A DNA stretch of 54,523 nucleotides, counting the filler, from Squatina squatina (lineage: Eukaryota), in the NCBI GenBank assembly GCA_031763465.1. It is 3 parts of 3 records of this genome, joined end to end, with 100 filler letters (N's around TTAATTAATTAA, not from the genome) between each part and the next. Parts side by side here need not be neighbours in the genome. Positions count along the whole stretch, not along the records: positions 24,015 to 39,342 come from JARFOE010000234.1; positions 39,443 to 54,523 come from JARFOE010000176.1; 1 more part is not named here. The stretch is one strand, 5' to 3'. Under the pieces are notes generated by a model. It did no database searches. It was not told the origin of the DNA and was given only the letters and a program-made list of their open reading frames with translations. A program made the translations under genes and the position numbers. Below are positions 36,267 through 45,407 of the stretch, piece by piece; position 1 is the stretch's first letter; each line of letters opens with the position of its first letter.

Positions 36267-39019
36267 NNNNNNNNNNNNNNNNNNNNNNNNNNNNNNNNNN
36301 NNNNNNNNNNNNNNNNNNNNNNNNNNNNNNNNNNNNNNNNNNNNNNNNNNNNNNNNNNNNNNNNNNCTCCAGATCATTAGTCCAGGCCTCTGGGTTACTA
36401 GTCCAGTAATGCAACCACTACTGTGCCCTTGTCTTGATTTCTCTCTAATGCATCAAATATGTTTGTATATCACTTCATTCATATCCTGTTTGCTAAATTT
36501 AATGTAGCAAATTCTCTTGTGGAGTCTGACAGTAAGAACTAGGTCTCCCTTGGAGTGGAGAAGCCTGTTTTCATAATATGTATGAATGGGTCTTTCAGCT
36601 TAAGTCCAACTGACTGGGCCATTCCAATCCTCAGTGTAATGGTTACAAATTGTGACCAAAGGTGGAAGAAACCATTTGTGGAATGAATAATTTGTTTAAA
36701 TTGGAAGTTGCTGGAGACTGAGGGTGAAGTGTCCAGTATTGGGAGTTAGCGCACAGTGGGTGTGACTGCCTCTTGATGACAAACAATGTACAAGAGCTAG
36801 TCAGGTCTGGCTGTGAGTGCAACATCTTGTACTGGAATATTCCTGGGACTTGCTGGGTTAACATTGACCTTGTAACAATAGTTCTATTTCATTCCTGGGA
36901 GGTGGGAGAAATCTGCAAGTCATAGCAAGGAATTTGAGGGAGAGGGAGCTGTTTCTGGTGCCATTCTCCTTGTCACTGGTGGTATTAAATATTTATCTTG
37001 GACCAGACCCTGTTAAGCTCCACCTAATTTGCTAATGAGTTCCAGATGAAAGCTGGAGTTCTCGTTGTCGGATATCTACTGACTTTGCGTGTTTGTTCAG
37101 ATTGATGCAGTGTCGGAGTCACTGCACACACCATGGAGTGCTCCACAAGGCTTGCACTGTGTGTCTGTGGCTGGGCTCCAGTTTCCTGTACCTATTCTGC
37201 AGGAACAGGATACAAAACCTCTTTTGTGAGGACTCAGTTTCTGTAACTGAAGTCAGAGTTGTTAAGCTGCCTCTTTCTCTTGACTTGCTACACTGGCTTT
37301 TTTTCTCCCCTGTGGGGTGGGGGAAATCTCCACATCTACCAGCAGACAGACTTGAAGGTAGGTTTTTTGAATAACATTTTTCTTGCACCTTGTGTGTGCT
37401 GATTTCAGCATGAAGTTGGGACTGAAGTGGTGGGTGGTTACAAGCTGGGCCATCTAGCTACAGGTCACAGGTTGAGCACTCTGTCCCTTTTGGTTGAGCA
37501 TTCTGGGTCAATCTTGAAGGGGAAAGTCTTTTTCCCACCCATGGACTACTGGGTGTTTTAAAGACTTGTGTATGTGAGAGGAAGATTTTTGCCTCTGAAG
37601 AAGCCTAGCAGAGTAACATAGTGGGGTAGAATTTTCCAGGGTAGGATCAGTGGTGGGACTTGACTACAGATGGATGATCTGAAATTTGATGGTCCAGCAA
37701 AGAGCAAATCTTCTCTGAAGCATTCTACAGCTGTAGGATTATAACTTGCACCTACCCTGATGCTAATCCCCTGAATCAAGACTAATTAGGTAGGAGGTAA
37801 AGGGCCATTTCCCTCACCCCCTCACCAAGCATTTGGTGGACCACCTCAATTTTACTCTTGGGATCCTCTACAGTCTCCAACTCCAAGTTTGGCCTGGGGT
37901 CTCTGTTCCTGGCTCCACCCCTTTCCAGACAGTCAAACCTGTCCCTGCCTCTGCTCAGCCTTTTCTTCCCCCTCCACCCAACCTCCTGCTTCATGTTCTG
38001 CCCTGGCCTCTGCTCCAGAAGGCTTTGAACTCCCAAGCCTACTTGATCCTCACATGTAAATCCATGTTTGCTACCTACAGGGTTAACTTGCTTTTAGCCA
38101 GTTCCCAGCAGATGGCACCAAATTCTCCCACCCCCAAACTCAGCACTTGGCTGTTGGGGACAATGACTGACGGGTGGCAATGCTGGGGAAGAATTAAAAG
38201 AAAGGACACATCTGATGCTGCAGGGGCAGCACTGCTCTGCATTTGCCCTCTTGGTAGGGGGCAGTGCAAAGGAAGTGCTGCACTGATTTGACCTCAGTTA
38301 GGACAGTGTAGAGGCAGCACTGCTGTGACCTCTTGGCACCAGTTGTAGCTGCCCACACTATTTATTTTTCTAGCACTATTCCTTCAATCAAGTTCAGACT
38401 TGTCTGCTCAAGAGTATGGACAAGACATGAATGTATCCAATGGTGTCTGCCCTCTTGCAATTATGTGCTCCTCACTTTGCCAAACATGAACTGCCTACCA
38501 ATCACTCCAGATGTCTTTTTAAACTGTTCTGAAAAGATCTTTTTCTCATGCACTTTACTGGGCTGGAATTGAATTTGTCTCCTTGGATGAATTGGAACTG
38601 TTGCAAAAAGCTATTCCAATAGTCAGTGGCACCTTGGCGGGGGGGGATGNNNNNNNNNNNNNNNNNNNNNNNNNNNNNNNNNNNNNNNNNNNNNNNNNNN
38701 NNNNNNNNNNNNNNNNNNNNNNNNNNNNNNNNNNNNNNNNNNNNNNNNNTGTAAATGATGCTTGAATTTCCTCCATCTCTTGCACTGGAATGTGCCAGGG
38801 TTTCACCATTTCCAGGCACATATGCACAGGAAATTCCACCCCATAGTTATATTCACGCGAGCAGAAAATTTGTAAATTTTGTTTATGTAGGCACAGCTAT
38901 TTGGACAGGTAAAGATTGCCTTGCACTCGTCCTTGAAGCTTCTTCAAATGACCTTTGTTTGGTAGCTTATGTTGGTCCTGTGATTCTTAAACCTTGACTT
39001 TTTTTCTATCAATGATTAG

Positions 39020-39342
39020 GAAAGTAATGAAGGTTCTTCTGGTTACTTGCTGGACTTGTCCTCTCCTGAAATGGACCCCTTGAACACCTGTGTGAAAGGC
39101 AATCCTTTTCGTGATGAGACCGCAGCTTCCTCACTCAACTTCTTTCCTGCACCTGATCCCAATCCCTTTGGGAATGATCCTTTTTCTGAACTTAACCAAT
39201 CAGCACCTTCTCAATCAGTTGATTCTGTAAAACCTTCCAATCAGAAAGATGGAGCTCTTCATCCTTTCCTAGGCGATCAGTCGGTCAATGGCACGCAGAG
39301 TGGAGATCACCTTGGTCATGATGACTTTGACCAGATTTCTAG
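39020..39342 (+). CDS. DAB2: Disabled-2 central exon with clathrin-box, NPF and DPF motifs (3' end in gap)
   Basis: attag|GAA. Encodes ESNEGSSGYLLDLSS...KGNPF...LNFFPAPDPNPFGNDPF...FDQIS, aligning to recalled human ESKDILLVDLN...RENPF...LNFFPTPNPDPFRDDPF...FDQIS. Syntenic with PTGER4. Confidence 0.88.
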
Positions 39343-39442
39343 NNNNNNNNNNNNNNNNNNNNNNNNNNNNNNNNNNNNNNNNNNNNTTAATTAATTAANN
39401 NNNNNNNNNNNNNNNNNNNNNNNNNNNNNNNNNNNNNNNNNN
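39343..39442. other. Artificial scaffold-joining spacer (44N-TTAATTAATTAA-44N)
   Basis: 12-mer at 39387-39398; identical design to 23915-24014. Confidence 0.95.
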
Positions 39443-39952
39443 CACTCACAGGCTGGGGGGGGGGGGGGGGGCATACCGAGGCCCATGCACACCTGTGCAC
39501 ACTTTCTCACACACACGCACACTCACTCTGCACACACACACACACACAGACACACACTGTGTGTACAAACCACACCCCACTCATAAATCCCAGGCACCGT
39601 CTTCACCAACATCTGCATTAACTGTTACCCGGAGACAGGCTCAGTCAATAAACCTATCCCCGCCTCTGGAGGGAAAGCAGTTTCTGAAAATATTGACAAC
39701 TTTTGCTATCGTTACTTTCAAAACATCTAACCACAGTTCCTTTGGCTGGGAGACAAGCAGTTCCTAAATAAGAGAACAAATTTTACATTAAAAACACGCG
39801 CCTGAATCAGCGGAGGTCCTAGCTCGAGATTACTCTTATTAATAAGAGCACTGACAAAAACTGCCGACCTCCTGGTGATATTAATGCATTATTACATGCT
39901 TCCTATTGCAAGGGAGAAACATAAACAATCATAATATTCTTTTTTTTTGCAC

Positions 39953-40093
39953 CTTGGAGATCTGTTTCAACGCAAAAGCAGCGTGGCAGTAGCTGGGTCT
40001 CCGCAGCAGATCCGAGCAGGCGGCCGGAATTTGGTGATTGTACCTCGGGGGCAGAGCTCCATCGTTCCGGGGAAGATCAGAAACCGAAGCCAT
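39953..40093 (-). CDS. PTCH2: Patched (PTCH2-type) first coding exon
   Basis: Kozak context GAC-ATG-G. 141 nt encoding MASVSDLPRNDGALPPRYNHQIPAACSDLLRRPSYCHAAFALKQISK, then |gtgcaa. SDLLRRPSYCHAAFALKQISK matches recalled fish Ptch2 (PTCH1 has YLHRPSYCDAAFALEQISK). Confidence 0.9.
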
Positions 40094-40183
40094 GTCGCGG
40101 GAAACCAGTCGCAGATCGTTCGGTTCAACAATAACAACAGTAATAATCCCCCAAAAGTGACAAGAAAAACAGCTGGAGAATCC

Positions 40184-40219
40184 CTAGCCTCTTCCTGAGC
40201 GAAAGCCTGATATTTCCAT
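40184..40219 (-). other. Short uORF (MEISGFRSGRG*) in the putative PTCH2 5' leader
   Basis: ATG at 40219 in GGG-ATG-G context, in frame with the main ATG but closed by TAG at 40186-40184. Confidence 0.55.
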
Positions 40220-40403
40220 CCCAACATTTCGCGCAGAAATCCTTGAGGATCTTGACTCTACATCCACGTGTAGTTTCTCTCTCTCTCTCTCTCTCCCTTT
40301 ACCCGTCCTCCTAGCACCACGGAATAAAAAAGAAAAACCCTCTTTCAAGCTCAATCTTTACTTCTGTCCCCGATCTCAGACATCCAACATTTGGAGAGAA
40401 AAA

Positions 40404-40463
40404 CCCGCCTCCAGCCCATCAAAAAGAGTTGATGGAAAGTCCTCTCGACCGGATTCCCATTGG
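40404..40463 (-). promoter_or_regulatory. CCAAT box and GC box upstream of PTCH2
   Basis: CCAAT at 40463-40459 and GGAGGCGGG at 40412-40404 on the - strand. Confidence 0.45.
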
Positions 40464-40537
40464 CTAAGGAAGAAGCAAATTACTTAGCAAACATCTACTA
40501 TTATCAGCTGCTAAGCAACAGCTCGCCAAAGTGGACG

Positions 40538-40546
40538 GACCACCCA
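40538..40546 (+). promoter_or_regulatory. GLI binding site
   Basis: Exact consensus GACCACCCA, 445 bp upstream of the Patched ATG. Confidence 0.8.
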
Positions 40547-42267
40547 GGCTGCAGGTTCATCAATGGGAGGTAGCGAGAACTCCGAAATACAAGATCTCTG
40601 CCGATCTTTCCAAAACCCTTGCAGATTTTTTTTTAAATGCCAAGCTTCCCACTTGAAGCTGCCAGCTAAAGACGATCATATATACTTTAGGTATAGGCAC
40701 ACATAAAAGTCTTTATGGTTGCAAATAAAGTTTGTTAAAGAGCTTTTTTTTAAAAACAAAAAAAAAATGCAAGTAGTGGGAACGGCAGCTCTGGCTCTCT
40801 CTCACACACGCACACAGAGCCACACACAAGTCTGTGTATGTGTATTTATATTAGGTATGTATGTATGTATATATAAAACGTCGTGAATTGCCTCGTGAGG
40901 TACCCGGGCCCCCCTTAACCCAACAAACGCAGGGGAGGTCCCAGCTGAATTCTGGAGCCTGCATAAATAAACCAAGGGCAACTAGATCTTAACAAATGTT
41001 GGGCAGAAATCTGCCATTGCTAATGGTGTTAATAAAGTGCAGCGAAAATGAATGAGGGAAACGTGTAGTGAAACTGCATCCAGCCATTTACAAGGTTGAG
41101 GATCTGAATATTTTATTTGTATCAAACTCCATAATCAAGACATTTTTTAATTGTAGTGAGCTTGCTAGTTACATATTTTAATTCAGAAACATTCTTTANN
41201 NNNNNNNNNNNNNNNNNNNNNNNNNNNNNNNNNNNNNNNNNNNNNNNNNNNNNNCGACTTTAATATTACCCAAACGAGCAACGCTCAATATCCTTATCCA
41301 GACACGGAGTTTGGATCGTACATGTATAACTGGGATAGGGAGTTTAAAATAAGAATATATGTTAAAAATTCTCAAATCAGACGGGCAAGAGCTTGCGATT
41401 TTCTGACTTAAGGACATTTTATAGTGAGACTTTCACACGTGTGTACGCTGAAATGATTTTATATAAATGTGCGCGCTGTGTTTGATTTCAGAAAATGTTG
41501 TTTTCGTTCCAGCCAGCAGCTGCACTCTGTTTTTCCTTCCCTGAAGGTTGTTTACCAAGCGGCTCAAATCCTGTGGAAACCCTGACTGCCCGCTGCCACA
41601 AAAGCATGTGTATCTGTTAACATTACTAGTGTCCAACATTACCTTAAAGGACACACAGCATGCCACCCACCAGCACTGATAGGATTAATTATGATAATTT
41701 ATTTCTTTTCCCCTTTGTCGACCTAATGAATGGTCTTCTTTAAGATTTTTAAGGTCTTTTGTTTGTCTTTTAAGGATGTATTGTAGGATTGTAGATAGCA
41801 GGTGGTTATTCCAGACCCGCCTTTGTCTCCATTGGAGGCTTGACGGAGTTTCGGCCGGACATGGGTTTACTCCTAACTTGCTTCTGCACAATCCACAGTC
41901 GTGTTAAAATGTAACGGCAGAAAGAGCATTATTGTAAAATCTTGTCCTCTGTGGGGCAGTTTCATAGGCCCTGTTAAATTATGTCCCCACCACTCCCAGC
42001 CCTGCATCCTGCACCAACCATTCACTGCAATCTGTTATTGGATTTCTCTCTTTTTCTTAACATGGGATTAAGAAGCCCAGCAAAGGCACCAGTTGAAGGA
42101 TTGGTCACGTTCAAAACAGGCAGTGGGCAGGACAGGTGGGGAGTGGGAGTGAAGGGATTCTTGGTCCTGATGTTTCTTTCGCTGCGGGTGGAAATTAATT
42201 CAACATCTTGGCAGTAAATGTCATGACCTCATGGCACAGAAAGGGGGGGAAATGGGCTTCTGTATTA

Positions 42268-42457
42268 GAAAGAGAAAGACTTGTACTTACATAGCGCCTT
42301 TTACAATCACCAGATAGCCCAAAGCGCTTTGCAGCCAACGAAGCACTTTTTGAAGAGTAGTCCCTGTTGTAATGTAGGAAACGCAGCAGCCCATTTGCGC
42401 ACAGCAAGCTCCCACAAACAGCAATGTGATAATGACCAGATAATCTGTTTTAGTGAC
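42268..42457 (-). mobile_element. DeuSINE 3' half, ending at the inverted repeat
   Basis: Tail and Deu core (rc) up to atctgttttagtga. Confidence 0.85.
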
Positions 42458-42563
42458 ATACAAACACAAATTGCTGGAAAAACTCAGCAGGTCAGGCAGC
42501 ATCTGTGGAGAGAAAAACAGAGTCAACGACCTGCTGAGTTTTTCCAGCAATTTGTGTTTGTAT
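42458..42563. repeat. Perfect 36-bp inverted repeat with 34-nt spacer
   Basis: 42458-42493 atacaaacacaaattgctggaaaaactcagcaggtc is the exact reverse complement of 42528-42563. Confidence 0.92.
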
Positions 42564-42675
42564 TCTAGATTCCAGNNNNNNNNNNNNNNNNNNNNNNNNN
42601 NNNNNNNNNNNNNNNNNNNNNNNNNNNNNNNNNNNNNNNNNNNNNNNNNNNNNNNNNNNNNNNNNNNNNNNNNNN

Positions 42676-42927
42676 ACCAGGCGTCCCGGTTTGGCTGGGA
42701 TAGTCCCGGTTTTTCAGGACACATCCTGGTGTCTCCACACTTATCTTCAAATTGCTCAAATATCCCGGTTTCTTGGAGTGAGAGACAGAGCCCTGACTGC
42801 GCATACGCAGTCTCTACGGAGCCATGACTATGGAGCCGCAACTGCGCATACGCAGTCTCAACGAAACCTGACTGCACACACGCAGACTGATTGTCCCGGT
42901 TGGGACTCTTCAGATCTGGTCACCCTA
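42676..42927. mobile_element. Non-autonomous hAT (Blackjack-like) MITE, left end clipped by gap
   Basis: Right end tctggtcacccta (rc TAGGGTGACCAGA), left remnant accaggcgtcccg, and subterminal gtcccgg repeats. Confidence 0.65.
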
Positions 42928-42954
42928 TTTATAGCCCCACGGCAGAGACTGAGA

Positions 42955-43297
42955 TAAAATCTAGTGCTGCACTGTCAGAGGTGCCGTCTTTTGGATGTGG
43001 ATGTTAAACCAAGGTCTACTCTCTCAGATGGACATAAAATATCCCAAAGCACTATTTCAAAGTAGAACAGAAGAGTTATCACCAGTGTCCTGGCCAATAC
43101 TTATCCCTCAATTAAAAAAAACAGATTATCTGGTCATTATCATATTGCTGTTTATTGGAGTTTGTTGTGTGCAATTGGCAGCCACGTTTCCTACATTACA
43201 ACAGTAACTACACTCCAAAAGTACTTCATTGGCCGTAAAGCACTTTAGGACGGCCGGTGGTCGTGGAAGGTGCTATATAAATACAAGTCTTTCTTTT
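42955..43297 (+). mobile_element. DeuSINE (5' truncated)
   Basis: Body, Deu core and gtgctatataaatacaagtc tail. Confidence 0.85.
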
Positions 43298-44096
43298 GAG
43301 GAACTATCTGAGCCAAACTATCGGGTTGTTATAACCAAGGAGGGGTTATTAGGAGTACAATGGAAGGGGGTAATGAGGCGAATCCAAAAAATTATTGGGG
43401 CAGAGCACATTGGGGTTTACTGGAGCAGAACATGCGGGGAATGCCATCAGGACAAAGCATGTAGGGAAAGTCTTGGTGTTGCAAATGTGAGCAGGATTAT
43501 CATACGGTGTTGTTCAGAGTGTTTATCTGGGCATAGTTGGAGGGGCTGCCAAGATAAAAGTGGCAGAGTTAGTGGAGGGGTTACCAGGGAAAAGCAAATG
43601 GAAGATTGTCAGGGCAGCATGAGAAAAAGGGGGCGCAGGTGGGGAGTGTTGTTAGCCAGAGTGAGATGGTACAGCTGTTGAAAGGGTTAGTAGGGCAAAT
43701 TAGGTCCAGCCCAGAATGGGTAGAGTTCTCAAGGTAGAGCGCATGGTTGGATCGTTTGATGGGATGGTGTCCCACATTCTTTAAAAGGGATCCTGGTACT
43801 GCATGCTCCCTCTTCAATAGAAGTTCTGGAGAGTTGTCAAGCCTCATTTATTATAATTAACAATCACTCAAATTGGTTTAAAAATCTAATCTATTTTGAA
43901 TTATGCCTTTCTGAAAAATAAACAGTTCCATATGTTTTAATATGTTTGCAATCTGTTCACTCTTACCAATCAAACACCGTTCTTTCCTGACACTTANNNN
44001 NNNNNNNNNNNNNNNNNNNNNNNNNNNNNNNNNNNNNNNNNNNNNNNNNNNNNNNNNNNNNNNNNNNNNNNNNNNNNNNNNNNNNNNNNNNNNNNN

Positions 44097-44228
44097 GGAA
44101 TCAAGGGTTATGGGGAGAAGGCGGGAAGGTGGACTTGAGAAATGTCGGATCAGCCATGATCCAATTGAATGGCAGAGCGGGCTCGACGGGCCAAATGGCC
44201 TACTCCTGCTCCTACTACTTATGGTCTT
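44097..44228 (+). mobile_element. CR1 3' tail
   Basis: ggaatcaagggttatgggg...gatcagccatgat...gaatggcagagcgggctcgacgggccaaatggcctactcctgctccta. Confidence 0.85.
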
Positions 44229-44314
44229 AATACGTCCCCACATTGTCAATTACACACTAAGCCCTTGAGAGAGTCTAAGTTTCATCTTTTATTTAAATGA
44301 AATAATTCAGATAT

Positions 44315-44670
44315 CCCTAGTCTGTGTGGGATAGCTGATTTCAGTACAGACTAGGGCAGAAGTGGGTGTCACCATTGACCTGAGTGATCTTGGGTTAGGG
44401 AAGGGATACATCAGCCAAGATTCCTGCTCTTGATTGCTGTGCAGCCACCTTTTCTGGCAATGCACAAGTATGGACAAAAGAGCAAAGACAGGATTGTGCT
44501 TAACTATGATGATTGAGTGTTTGAATAGCCTACCCGTACTCACTGTCTCGGATCACAGAATGATGGCTACTTGGGTGAATTATTGTAAGATGACTGACAC
44601 CCATGGAATTGTATCCAGTAAGTGGTCAATGCCTTCAAGAAAGGAGGCAGGAGGAGAAAATTGGCAAGAA
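44315..44670 (+). mobile_element. Ancient SINE (AmnSINE2-like) body and 3' part
   Basis: tagctgatttcag, tagggaaggg...atcagccaagattcctgctcttgat, gaatagcct...ctcactgtct and ggagaaaattggc motifs. Confidence 0.55.
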
Positions 44671-44934
44671 GCAAAAGGAGGGAAAAATTCAGGGTTTCAT
44701 ATTTAGTACTATGCTAATTTTTTCAATATTAGTAACCTTCATTCATTTAATAATTATAATCCTTTTGAGACAATAAAATAGAAGAAAATAAATTTTTAAA
44801 AGCTTTAATTTTTTATGATGGTGGTTGGGAGATGATTTAATGCTTTTCTTTATACTTTTGCTTATTTATAGTGTTCTCTCCCTTACTAAGACATTCAATT
44901 TTCATCAATGATTATTATTTTGAGAAATATGAGA

Positions 44935-45235
44935 AGCCTCGTGGTTCATTTCGTGAAAGCACTGCCCAGCGTGGAACACAGCCGTTCAGACCAGGAAGGT
45001 TTTAGGTATAATCCTGGTCTGTGCTGTGTTAGCTGATTTCAGCCAGGGTAATATAAGAGACGCTGCAATTGGCTTCAGACCCAGTGGACCAATGAGGGCA
45101 AAAATCAGCCAGGATTTCTACTCTTGGCTCCAACTGGAAAGTGTGCAAAGGTATGTAGCAGGATGGGCTTGGTTGAACTTCCTTCATGGTTGAATATCCT
45201 TCTAACACATGCTGTCTATACTCAGACATGTAATA
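44935..45235 (+). mobile_element. Ancient SINE (AmnSINE2-like)
   Basis: cagaccaggaagg...ggtctgtgctgtgttagctgatttcagcc...caattggc...aaaaatcagccagg...ctggaaagtg; paralogous to 44315-44670. Confidence 0.6.
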
Positions 45236-45261
45236 GTAGGTTTGGCTGAAATACTAGCAGG

Positions 45262-45407
45262 CAATATAGCCTGTAATTTCTTGGGGGCTGTTTTAACAGG
45301 CTGCGCGAACATTCAAAATATCGTGTACGTGCGATTTTTCTATTTAAAAGCCGGCTGTGCAGAACCCCTGGAGCGTTGCGTGGCCGCACAGCTTAAAAGG
45401 AACATTT
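45262..45407. mobile_element. Possible short hAT-type MITE remnant
   Basis: Right end gcacagcttaaaaggaacatt resembles ...CTTAGAGGGAACATTG-type TIRs; left end degenerate. Confidence 0.35.

Noticed and set aside
35772-36409. 200-aa ORFs overlapping PTGER4, and similar ones over PLCXD3
   Set aside because: Shadow frames produced by GC-rich third codon positions of the real exons.
24603-39342. A fused gene, operon-like cluster or pseudogene graveyard
   Set aside because: Exons have intact frames and, where visible, intact splice sites, and each sits on its own contig. Missing exons are best explained by gaps.
39455-39471. G17 run as a G-quadruplex element
   Set aside because: A homopolymer beside a contig end; its length is unreliable and there is no other support.
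39960-40010. Similarity of ctgcggagaccc to the GDNF 5' UTR
   Set aside because: A short chance match; the segment is in-frame Patched coding sequence.
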